Shown here in pieces: positions 27,876 to 36,823 of a DNA stretch of 64,000 nucleotides. Position numbers and translations under genes: made by a program. Below the pieces are notes generated by a model, which was given only the letters and a program-made list of their open reading frames with translations, searched no databases and was not told the DNA's origin. This DNA comes from Terriglobia bacterium (GTDB lineage: Bacteria > Acidobacteriota > Terriglobia > Bryobacterales > Bryobacteraceae): the NCBI GenBank assembly GCA_963757265.1, contig CAVWRA010000010.1, positions 344,627-408,626 of the forward strand, in the 5' to 3' direction. How positions within the stretch are numbered: position 1 is the first letter of the stretch; every line of letters begins with the position of its first letter.

Positions 27876-28058
27876 TAACCCGCATTTCTCACACACTTCG
27901 TGGGCGAAAGGCGTGAGAGGCGTGTGGCTACGAGGAGTGCGACGGAAGCCGCGCGGAGGCGTACTCGGGCAGTACGTCGAGCACGGCGACCGAGAGCGAC
28001 GAAGTAGACATGCGCCTATCGCGCGTTGCAGCCGAAGGCGTGTGAGAAATGCAGGTTA
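27876..28058. repeat. TIR-bounded MITE-like element, family 2
   Basis: TAACCCGCATTTCTCACACACTTCG (27876-27900) versus reverse complement of 28033-28058 TAACCTGCATTTCTCACACGCCTTCG. An internal ~50-nt block (aggcgtact..gaagtaga) matches the reverse complement of element 12436-12620. TA on both flanks. Confidence 0.65.
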
Positions 28059-28220
28059 GGGTGCCTCAGCTTGAGGCGTCGGCCTCGCCTTCCCGCTGCC
28101 CACGTTAACGCTTGCGGCGCCCTGCCGCAGGCGACATCCGGCTGCAACGCCCAGCGCCCATTCCTCATAATCCTGTCGAGAATTGCTGTCGGCCGACGAT
28201 AAGCCAAGAGGAGGGGCCAG

Positions 28221-29474
28221 ATGCCTGAAACCGAACTCAAACTGCTGATTGTGGACAACGCCGACGATGGCCGCACCGTGCGCGAGATGATCGAATCCAC
28301 AGCCGGTCCGCGCTTCAATATCGAGACCGCGGAGAATCTGGTCTCGGCCCTGAATGTGCTGGCGCGCCATAGCTTCGACGTGGTGCTGATGGAACTGGAG
28401 CTGACCGATTCCCATGGTTTGGCGACCTTCGAGACCATCCAGCGCCACTCGCGCGGCGTGCCGATCGTAATCCACACCGGGATGGCCAACGAGATCCAGG
28501 CCCTGACGGCGGTGGAGCGCGGCGCCCAGGATTACCTCATGAAAGGCAAACCGAGCTGCCAGGCGCTGGTGCGCGTGCTGCAATACTCGGTGGCGCGCGG
28601 CCACCGCGTGGCGGAGTTCGGAAAGGCGGACAACGTCGAAGCCAAAGCCATCGGCTTCCTGGCCGCCAAGGGCGGGGTGGGCTCGACCACGCTGGCGTCC
28701 CATTTCAGTGTTGAACTGGCGCGCCAGAGCGGCGCCAAGGTGCTGCTGATCGACCTCGACCTCAGCGCCCGTTCGGCGTCCTTCCTGTTCAAGACCGACT
28801 CGCGCTATTCGGTGATGGACGCGGCCACCAACCTGCACCGGCTGGACGCCGATTTCTGGGGCCGTATCGTGGCCCACACGCGCTACGGCCCGGACCTGTT
28901 GCAGGGGCCCGGCGCCGTCGGCCCCGCCGACCCGCTCAGCGGCGAACGCGTGCGCCACGTGCTGCGTTTCGCACGGGCGCTGTATTCCTTCATCGTCGTC
29001 AACCTGGGCCGCGCCGGCCCACTATGCTTCCGGCTGCTGGAGGAGATCGGCGAAATCTACCTGGTCACCACCAGCGGCATGCTGGAGATGTACGAAACCA
29101 GCCGCATTCTGCAGCGCCTGGCGAGCCTCGGTTTCACCCAGAACAAGGTTCGGCTGCTCCTCAACAAGGTCAGCGGCCCGTCCTTTGTGACCAAGTCGGC
29201 GATCGAGAAAGCGCTGGGCCGGCCGGCCTGTTGGACTCTGCCCGATTACTCCAGCGAACTCGATACCGCCTACACCAGTGGGAATTTCTTCTCCCAGGCG
29301 CCGACCCTGCGCCGTCAATGTGAGTTGCTGGTGAGGCGAGCGCTGGGCGCGGAGGAAAACGCCCCTGTGACCCAGCCGCCCGTCTGGTCGTCGGCCATGG
29401 AAAGCCTCCAGCGCCTGTTTACGGCTGTCGTGGGAGGCAGCCGGGAAAGCGTCAAGAGCGCGAGTGGCCGTTGA
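28221..29474 (+). CDS. TadZ/CpaE-like protein: atypical receiver domain + ParA/MinD-type ATPase
   Basis: REC-like N-terminus (LLIVDNADDG ... DVVLMELELTDSHG ... VIHTG ... YLMKGK), then Walker-A variant AAKGGVGSTT, LLIDLDL, IVVNLG. Confidence 0.8.
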   Translation: MPETELKLLIVDNADDGRTVREMIESTAGPRFNIETAENLVSALNVLARHSFDVVLMELELTDSHGLATFETIQRHSRGVPIVIHTGMANEIQALTAVERGAQDYLMKGKPSCQALVRVLQYSVARGHRVAEFGKADNVEAKAIGFLAAKGGVGSTTLASHFSVELARQSGAKVLLIDLDLSARSASFLFKTDSRYSVMDAATNLHRLDADFWGRIVAHTRYGPDLLQGPGAVGPADPLSGERVRHVLRFARALYSFIVVNLGRAGPLCFRLLEEIGEIYLVTTSGMLEMYETSRILQRLASLGFTQNKVRLLLNKVSGPSFVTKSAIEKALGRPACWTLPDYSSELDTAYTSGNFFSQAPTLRRQCELLVRRALGAEENAPVTQPPVWSSAMESLQRLFTAVVGGSRESVKSASGR

Positions 29475-29757
29475 AAGGTCAATCCGCGCGGCGAGTTTAT
29501 TCTTGACCAATTATTAGTTAATTGCGACCTGCGAGCCCCTCGGAAAGACACCGTTCGCAAACCTCGCGACCGTCACCGGCCATGCGCCCGGCGGCCGGCC
29601 GCGACGCCGGCTGGCGCCACCCCACAGCGCCTTAAACACTACTGTCGCCCGGCAGTTTCGGGAGAAGATTTTCATACCTAGGCGACCTATTTCCAGACAA
29701 ACTCAGTTATACTGAGCCTGCACACAGTTCGCGATTATGTTTTGAAGAGGTGTATCA

Positions 29758-32700
29758 GTGCGTCTGCTTACCAAATTGGCTGTTTTCCTTGCTATGGGAG
29801 TGTGCCAGGCCGCGCAGCCGACCCTCTCCATCTCCGTGACACACAGCGGGAACTTCCTGCAGGGCCAGACCAACGCATTGTTCGTCATTCGGGTGCGCAA
29901 CGTGGGCACCGGCCCCACGACGGCCGCCGTGCAGGTGTCCGACCAGATCGTCACCGGGCTGACAATCACCTCGCTCAGCGGCGAGGGCTGGACCTGTTCC
30001 CACGTCACCTGCGATCGCAGTGACGCCCTGGCGGCGGGCAAGAGTTATCCGGCGATCGTGGCGCTGGCCGCGGTGACTCCGACGGCCCCCTCGTCGATCA
30101 CTTACGGGGCCACGGTCTATTTCGGCGGCGACCCCGCCGGCTCACACACCACCACGGACACGGCGAACGTGGAGCCGCTCGGTTATCCGGTCGCCTGGGG
30201 AGGAAACGCATCCGGCGAATCAGTGGTGCCGACCGGTTTGACGACTGTCGCGGCGCTCGCCGGCGGCGGCTCGGACACACTGGCATTGAATGGCAACGGC
30301 ACGGTCGTGGCCTGGGGCGACAACACCTACGGCGAGACCAGCGTGCCCGCGGGTCTGACCAATGTCGTGGCGATTGCCGCCGGAGACCTGTTCAGCCTGG
30401 CCTTGACGAGCAATGGCACGGTCACGGCGTGGGGCGACAATACGTACGGCGAAACCACTGTTCCGGCCGGCTTGACCAATGTGGTGGGCATTGCCGCCGG
30501 CCGGTATCATGCCCTGGCCGTGAAGAGCGACGGAACGGTAGTGGCCTGGGGGGTTAAGTCCGGAACCAATTATCACGGCCAAACCGCGGTGCCCGCGGGG
30601 CTGACCAATGTCGTGGCCGTGGCCGCCGGCTGGTATCACAGCGTGGCGCTGAAGAGCAACGGCACTCTAGTCGCCTGGGGCTATAACGCGGACGGCGAAA
30701 GCACACCGCCAGTACTGACGAATGGTGTCGCCATCGCCGCCGGCGCCTACCATACCCTCGCCTTGGGCTCCGACGGAACGGTCGTGGCATGGGGTGCTAA
30801 CACATATGGCCAGACCACGGTGCCGGCACTGACGGATGTCGTTGCCATCGCCGCCGGCTGGGACCACTCTCTGGCGTTGCAGGCTGACGGGGCTATTGTT
30901 CCCTGGGGTTACGACGGTTATAGCCAGTTGGAGGTGCCAGGGACTCTGGACAATGTCACCGCCATCGCGGCCGGCGGATATCACAGCTTGGCCTTGAACA
31001 CCATGTCCCTGGGGTTGATTCCGGTCACCATCAAGACCAGCACGAGCACCCCCACCACCAGCCTGCCCGGCGTCACCGTGGATAGCACCGGCTATAGCGG
31101 CGCCGGCGTGCTGTTCAACTGGTACCCGGGTGCGTGGTCCGGGGAAGTTTTTGTGCCTGGTCCTAACCACTCCTTGAGCGTCTCGGCGGTGTCGCCCGGC
31201 CCCGCCGGCGTCCAATTTGTTTTCACTGGCTGGAGTGACGGCTACGGCGGCGCATCGCGCCTTGTCGCCCCCAGCGTGCCCACCACCTACACCGCCGACT
31301 TCACGACACAGTACGCCTTGACGACCGCTATCGGCGGCACTGGCAGCGGCACGATCAGTCTTACTCCTTCCGGCCCTTACTGGTACAACGCCGGCGCGAT
31401 CGCCAACGTGACCGCAACCCCGACCGCGGGCAGTGCCTTCACCGGCTGGACGGGCGCCTGCACCGGAATCGGGCCCTGCAATGTGACCATGAATTCGCCG
31501 GCTTCTGTCACCGCGAACTTCACCCCGATCAGCGGCTCCACGCCCAGCCTGTCGCTCACCTCGTCCCATAGCGGCCATTTCCTGCGCAGCCAGGCCGACG
31601 CCGTTTATCTGCTGCGGCTCTCCAATGGACCCACGGGCCTTGCCACTTCGGGCCAGATTACGGTGACCGATACTCTGCCTACCGGCTTGACGCTGGTCTC
31701 GATGGCCGGCTCGGGCTGGACTTGCACATCCAACTCCTGCACGCGCCCCGATTCGTTGGGCAGCGGCCAGACTTTCCCGGCGATCATCCTGGTCGTCAAG
31801 GTCGGCGCCAGCGCCGCCGCCAGCCTCACCAACGTGGCGAAACTCTATTTGAACGGGTCCGCGACGGCTTCCCTGACCGCGGATGACGTCACGGCCATCG
31901 ATGTGACCGGCTATCCGCTGGATTGGGGCCTGGACACGTCCGCACAGGCGGCGGCGCCCGCCCTGACCAACGTATTATCCGTGGCTGGCGGAGGGGCCCA
32001 CTCGCTGGCCCTCAGGGCCGGCGGGACCGTCGTGGCCTGGGGCGACAATAGCTACGGCCAAACCAGCGTGCCCGGGGGTTTGGCAAACGTCGTGGCGATT
32101 GCCGCTGGCCTGTATCACAGTCTGGCTCTGCAGAGCGATGGTAACGTCGTTTTCTGGGGCGACAGCAGCTATTACCAGAACGATCTGCCCGCGGCTTTGG
32201 TCAGCCCGGACTGCACCGCCCAACCCTGCGCCGTGGCGATTGCCGCCGGCGATTATCACAACCTGGCTCTCATGAGCGATGGAACCGTCGTGGCCTGGGG
32301 CTATAACGCGGATGGGGAGACCAGCGTGCCCTCCGGGCTCGCCAATGCCGTGGGCATCGCCGCGGGCGGGACTCACAGCCTGGCGGTTGGCAGCGACGGT
32401 TCGATCTCGGCTTGGGGCTCCAACGTGCTCGGCCAGATCGCTGTGCCCGACGGCTTGACGGGCATCGTAGCCGTGGCCGCCGGCGAGAGTCACAGTCTGG
32501 CTTTAAGCTCCAGCGGGGTCGTTACGGCCTGGGGCGACAATAGCTACGGCCAGTCCAGCGTGCCTTCCGGTTTGACGGGCGTCGCCGCCATCGCCGCCGG
32601 CGGCAATCACAGCCTGGCCTTGAATACGGCCGGAACCGTCGCCGCCTGGGGCGATGACACCTACGACGAGACCGTGATCTCGTCCGGCTTGACCAATGCA

Positions 32701-33591
32701 GTCGCCATCGCCGGCGGGGCTAATCACAGCCTGGCGGTGAACTCCGGCGCGGCCGGAGGCGTTGCCGTCACGCTCACCACGGCGGAGCCCGGAACGGTCA
32801 TCACCGTGGATGGCAACACGCTCACGGCCAAAGTGGTTGTGGAGTGGGGTTCCGGCAGCAGCCACACCCTGGTCGCGCCCACGCCTCAGCCGATTTCCAC
32901 AGGCGAGCGGTACGCTTTCGCTTCTTGGAGTGACGCCGGCGCCGCCACGCACACCGTTGCGCCCACGGCGGCCACCACTTACACGGCCAACTTCGTGGTC
33001 CAGTATCACTTGACGACCGCCGTGAACATTCCCGGCGGGGGCACCGTATCGCCCGCCAACGGCGCCTGGTACAACAGCGGGGCCACGGCGACCGTCACCG
33101 CCACGCCTGCCGCCGACTACCATTTCAGCGGCTGGTCCGGCGCCTGCACCGGCACCGGCCCCTGCACCATCACGATGAGCGCAGCGCAGTCGGTCACGGC
33201 GAATTTCAGCGCCTATTCGGCCAACTTGTCAATCACGTCCAAGCACAGCGGCAAGTTCTATCGCGATGAAAACCCAGCCGATTACACGCTCACGGTCACA
33301 AACGGCGCCAAGGCCGGACCGACCAGTGGCACGGTAACGGTCACCGAATACGTGCCTCCCGGCATGGGTCTCAATTCGCTCACCGGTACGGGCTGGAGTT
33401 GTGCCGCCTCGGTCTGCACGCGCTCCAACGTGCTGGCCCCCGGCGCCTCCTATCCGCCCATCACCGTCTCCGTTTATGTCCTGCCCGAAGCGCCGGCGGC
33501 GGCCAACAATGGAGCCAGCGTGAGCGGCGGGAATTCGCCCTCCGCCACCACCAGCGATCACACGCTCATCAGTCGCGCTGAGCCTGAGTAA
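29758..33591 (+). CDS. secreted 1277-aa protein: (DUF11-like Ig domain, 7-blade RCC1-like propeller, InlB-B-repeat-like domains) x2 plus a terminal DUF11-like domain
   Basis: Signal peptide VRLLTKLAVFLAMGVCQAAQ. 14 repeats of the ~39-aa unit V(V/T)AWG.N.YG(Q/E)T.VP.GLTNVVAIAAG..HSLAL...G. Two copies of ..GTVSP...WYN.GA.A.VTATP..G..F.GW.GACTG.GPC..TM....VTANF. Confidence 0.85.
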   Translation: MRLLTKLAVFLAMGVCQAAQPTLSISVTHSGNFLQGQTNALFVIRVRNVGTGPTTAAVQVSDQIVTGLTITSLSGEGWTCSHVTCDRSDALAAGKSYPAIVALAAVTPTAPSSITYGATVYFGGDPAGSHTTTDTANVEPLGYPVAWGGNASGESVVPTGLTTVAALAGGGSDTLALNGNGTVVAWGDNTYGETSVPAGLTNVVAIAAGDLFSLALTSNGTVTAWGDNTYGETTVPAGLTNVVGIAAGRYHALAVKSDGTVVAWGVKSGTNYHGQTAVPAGLTNVVAVAAGWYHSVALKSNGTLVAWGYNADGESTPPVLTNGVAIAAGAYHTLALGSDGTVVAWGANTYGQTTVPALTDVVAIAAGWDHSLALQADGAIVPWGYDGYSQLEVPGTLDNVTAIAAGGYHSLALNTMSLGLIPVTIKTSTSTPTTSLPGVTVDSTGYSGAGVLFNWYPGAWSGEVFVPGPNHSLSVSAVSPGPAGVQFVFTGWSDGYGGASRLVAPSVPTTYTADFTTQYALTTAIGGTGSGTISLTPSGPYWYNAGAIANVTATPTAGSAFTGWTGACTGIGPCNVTMNSPASVTANFTPISGSTPSLSLTSSHSGHFLRSQADAVYLLRLSNGPTGLATSGQITVTDTLPTGLTLVSMAGSGWTCTSNSCTRPDSLGSGQTFPAIILVVKVGASAAASLTNVAKLYLNGSATASLTADDVTAIDVTGYPLDWGLDTSAQAAAPALTNVLSVAGGGAHSLALRAGGTVVAWGDNSYGQTSVPGGLANVVAIAAGLYHSLALQSDGNVVFWGDSSYYQNDLPAALVSPDCTAQPCAVAIAAGDYHNLALMSDGTVVAWGYNADGETSVPSGLANAVGIAAGGTHSLAVGSDGSISAWGSNVLGQIAVPDGLTGIVAVAAGESHSLALSSSGVVTAWGDNSYGQSSVPSGLTGVAAIAAGGNHSLALNTAGTVAAWGDDTYDETVISSGLTNAVAIAGGANHSLAVNSGAAGGVAVTLTTAEPGTVITVDGNTLTAKVVVEWGSGSSHTLVAPTPQPISTGERYAFASWSDAGAATHTVAPTAATTYTANFVVQYHLTTAVNIPGGGTVSPANGAWYNSGATATVTATPAADYHFSGWSGACTGTGPCTITMSAAQSVTANFSAYSANLSITSKHSGKFYRDENPADYTLTVTNGAKAGPTSGTVTVTEYVPPGMGLNSLTGTGWSCAASVCTRSNVLAPGASYPPITVSVYVLPEAPAAANNGASVSGGNSPSATTSDHTLISRAEPE

Positions 33592-33678
33592 GGCCCTCGC
33601 AAATCCACTTCAACGCCCCGCCGCTCCCGGACCACCCGCTGGTCCTGGGGCGCCGGGGCGTTTCAGGGCCGGCCGCAT

Positions 33679-33877
33679 CGAGCCCGGATGTTGCACCTGC
33701 GATCGCAGCGAGGCGCGATGAAAGGGTTGCAGCTACCAGGCGCACGACGGGAGCCGCCCGCAGGCGCACTTGGCTCCTACGTAGAGGACGGGGGGCGCCT
33801 CTCTGGGCCCAGGGCAACGAAGTAGATGCGGCCCTATCGCGCGCCGCAGCCGATTGTTGGTGAAACATCCGGGCTGG
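33679..33877 (-). repeat. TIR-bounded MITE-like element, family 1, copy b
   Basis: Reverse complement aligns to 12436-12620 across both termini and two internal blocks (1 mismatch in 58 nt; 2 in 36 nt), with different variable segments between them. Confidence 0.7.
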
Positions 33878-33922
33878 CATCCGCCCGTCAACACGCGCCT
33901 GTGCGCGCTACCCTGTAAGTTC

Positions 33923-35245
33923 ATGCGGACAATTATCGTGGTTGTGGTTCTCCTGGGCCTGACCCTGGCATTGTTGCTGGCCTTTTCCCTGACGCCTTCC
34001 CTGGACCTTCCCGCTTCAGTTACGGCGATCGGCTCCATGACCCCGATTCCGGTCCGCGTCCACGCCCCGCACGGGACCCGCCGCGTGGCCGCCTACATCG
34101 AACAAAACGGCGTCCGTTCGACCGTCTTCGAACACCTTGAACCGGCCCGCCATTTCCTGTGGCAGCGCCACGTCTCCGACGCCATCGTCCACTTTACGGC
34201 CGGAGTAAAATCCACGCCCACCCTCAAGGACGGCCCCGCCCGCCTGATCATCGAAGCCACCTCCAACGACTTCCGCTCGAGCACCGCCCGCCTCAGCCGC
34301 GACGTCATCGTGGTCACCCGCCCTCCGGCCCTCAGCGTCAACTCCGAGCAGCATTACCTGTACCTCGGCATGGCCGACCTGGTGACCTTCACGGTCTCCG
34401 GCTACTGGACCGAGGCCGGCGTGAGAGTTGGCGATCAGCGTTTCCGCGCCTGGCCCATGCCCGGTGGCAAGCCCGGCTTCTTCTCGCTCTTCGCCTTCGC
34501 CTGGAACATGCCCCCCGCCACCGTTCCCCTGGTCTACGCCACCAATCCCGCGGGCAACGAGGCCACCGGCGGCATGGTGATCCGATTCCCTCAAAAGGAG
34601 CAGCCCCACTACCGCACCCGCGACCTGGCCGTTGACGACCGCTTCCTCCAGAAAGTCATTACCGAACTCGACCCCGATGGAGCTGGAGACCCGCTGACGC
34701 GTTTTCTGAAAATCAACGGCGAGATGCGCCGCGTCAACAACCAGGCGCTCTCCGATCTGCGGCGCAAGACCGAGCCCCGCTTCCTGTGGTCTCGCGTCTT
34801 CCGCCAGCAGCGCAACTCCAAGGTCGAGTCCAACTTCGCCGACGTCCGCAATTACATCTACCAGGGCAAGAAAATCGACCAGCAGGTGCACCTCGGCTAT
34901 GACCTATCCGTCACCCAGCACGTCGGCGTCGAGGCCTCGAACGACGGCCGCGTCGTCTACGCCGCCCCGCTCGGCATCTACGGCAACTGCATTGTGCTGG
35001 ACCACGGCTACGCTCTGCAGTCGATCTACGGCCACCTCAGCGCCATCGCCGTCCACGAAGGCGATCTGGTGAAACAGGGCCAGATCCTGGGCCAGAGCGG
35101 CCAAACCGGCATGGCCGGCGGCGACCACGTCCACTTCAGCATGCAGCTCGACGGCGTCCAGATCGACCCCAAGGAGTGGTGGGACGCCCATTGGATCAAG
35201 GATCACGTCGCCCGCCGCGTCGACCTCCCGGGCTTCAGCGATTGA
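33923..35245 (+). CDS. M23-family metallopeptidase (peptidoglycan endopeptidase-like), N-terminal TM anchor
   Basis: From ATG 33923 MRTIIVVVVLLGLTLALLLAF. C-terminal HLGYDLS, LDHGYALQSIYGHL, GQSGQTGMAGGDHVHFSMQLDG are the LytM/M23 HxxxD and HxH motifs. The ORF-track start at 33854 lies inside the repeat element. Confidence 0.85.
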   Translation: MRTIIVVVVLLGLTLALLLAFSLTPSLDLPASVTAIGSMTPIPVRVHAPHGTRRVAAYIEQNGVRSTVFEHLEPARHFLWQRHVSDAIVHFTAGVKSTPTLKDGPARLIIEATSNDFRSSTARLSRDVIVVTRPPALSVNSEQHYLYLGMADLVTFTVSGYWTEAGVRVGDQRFRAWPMPGGKPGFFSLFAFAWNMPPATVPLVYATNPAGNEATGGMVIRFPQKEQPHYRTRDLAVDDRFLQKVITELDPDGAGDPLTRFLKINGEMRRVNNQALSDLRRKTEPRFLWSRVFRQQRNSKVESNFADVRNYIYQGKKIDQQVHLGYDLSVTQHVGVEASNDGRVVYAAPLGIYGNCIVLDHGYALQSIYGHLSAIAVHEGDLVKQGQILGQSGQTGMAGGDHVHFSMQLDGVQIDPKEWWDAHWIKDHVARRVDLPGFSD

Positions 35246-35399
35246 CGCGCTCAGCATCCGATCCGGCCCCTCAGCGGTCCCTGGCCGCTTCCCGAAAAGA
35301 TAATTCCCTATTTAGTACATGAACGGTCGGTGAGGGTGTTACACTCGTAAAACCCCGGAGCCAGAATGGAGCTTCCGGCGAGTAACAGAGGAGCAAAGT

Positions 35400-36248
35400 A
35401 TGATGCCAAGACTCTCACAGATCGTAGTTTCAAGCCTCGCTTTCGCGGCGGCTTCCATGCTGCTGGCGCAATCGCCCGGCCCGTCGCCGATCATGCGGTT
35501 CATCCGCGAAGACATGAAACCCGGCAAGGGCATTGCACACCAAAAGACGGAGGCGGCGTTCGTGCGGGCCTTCTCCAAGTCGGATTATGCGCATTACACG
35601 GCCCTGGTGAGCATCACCGGCCCCACCCACGCCCTGTTCATGGAGCGCTACGACACCTTCGCGGGGCTGGAGAAGTCGATCGCTTCAACGGACAAGGAAC
35701 CGACCAAGAGTCTGCTCGATCAGGCAGAGGCCCAAGACAGCGAGCTGCGCACGGGGGAGCGCGAACTGATCGCCACCTACCGCGAAGAGTTGAGCTACAC
35801 GCCGGTGCCGCCGAACCTGCCTAAGTTCCACTTCTACAGCGTAACCACGGTGCGCGTGCGGCCGGGCCACACGGACGATTTCGAGGCGCTGACGAAGCTG
35901 CTGGCCGCGCATTGGGAGAAGATCGGCAGCAAGCAGCGGCGCGTGGTTTACGGCATCACCTCGGGCGCGCCCGGGGGCACCTACCTGATCCTGAGCGGCA
36001 TGGAATCGCTGGCCGCGCTGGATCCGCCGCGGCCGGAAGTTCCTCCGGCCCAATCCTGGGGCGACGACTGGGCGCGCTATCAGAAACTGCTGGCCGATGC
36101 CGTGGTCAGCACGGAAAACGTTCTGTACGAGGTCAGCCCGAAGATGAGCTACCCGCCCAAGGAGTTCATTGACGCCGATCCGGAATTCTGGGCGCCGAAG
36201 CCCAAGCCGGCCACGGCCCAACCGGCTGCTAAGGCCGCCTCCAAGTAA
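35400..36248 (+). CDS. hypothetical secreted protein
   Basis: Signal peptide MMPRLSQIVVSSLAFAAASMLLAQS, two similar ~110-aa halves, Lys/Pro/Ala-rich tail. No diagnostic motif. Confidence 0.55.
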   Translation: MMPRLSQIVVSSLAFAAASMLLAQSPGPSPIMRFIREDMKPGKGIAHQKTEAAFVRAFSKSDYAHYTALVSITGPTHALFMERYDTFAGLEKSIASTDKEPTKSLLDQAEAQDSELRTGERELIATYREELSYTPVPPNLPKFHFYSVTTVRVRPGHTDDFEALTKLLAAHWEKIGSKQRRVVYGITSGAPGGTYLILSGMESLAALDPPRPEVPPAQSWGDDWARYQKLLADAVVSTENVLYEVSPKMSYPPKEFIDADPEFWAPKPKPATAQPAAKAASK

Positions 36249-36823
36249 GGCCCGGTACGGCCCAGTAATAGACGGTCCAGCCAGGCTGGAAACTGCGCCG
36301 CGAGGCAAGAGACGCCCCCCGCCAGCCCCGGAATCGGCTGTTCCGGGGCCGGCGCGGCCGTCAAAGGAGCGCATTACACCGTGCTTCTTACCGCAAAACA
36401 CGTGTTTTCACCGGCAAGAACACGAAAAAACACGGTTTTCCCCCGGCTCGCGCACGGTGATTTGATCGTAAAACCGCGCTCCCCGCACGGTGCTTTCGAG
36501 GGGTCGCGCCCGTCTGCGCAGGCCGCCGCGCTCGCGGACGAGAAAGTCCAGCCACACGTCGCGGGCAAGACGGTGATCAAGGTGATCGTCGTCCCGGCGA
36601 AGCTGGTGAATATCGTCGTGAAGTAGATGCGCGCAGGCGCGTGAGCCGAAGCAAGATGGCTGTTCCAGCGGCAGCGGCCGGCTAGTCTCCGGATGGCGCG
36701 TCATCCGTCCGGAGTCGGCTCCCACAAGGCTTCCCGTTCGCCATCCGGCGACGCTTCCTCGAACGCCGTTTGTGGACCGTGATGTCCGGTAACCCGACCG
36801 GCCCTGGCCCTTGCGACCACGGA

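Noticed and set aside
36395-36408. parS-like site (AAAACACGTGTTTT).
   Set aside because: The parS consensus is TGTTNCACGTGAAACA. Only the central CACGTG matches here and the flanking half-sites are reversed. No parAB genes are adjacent.
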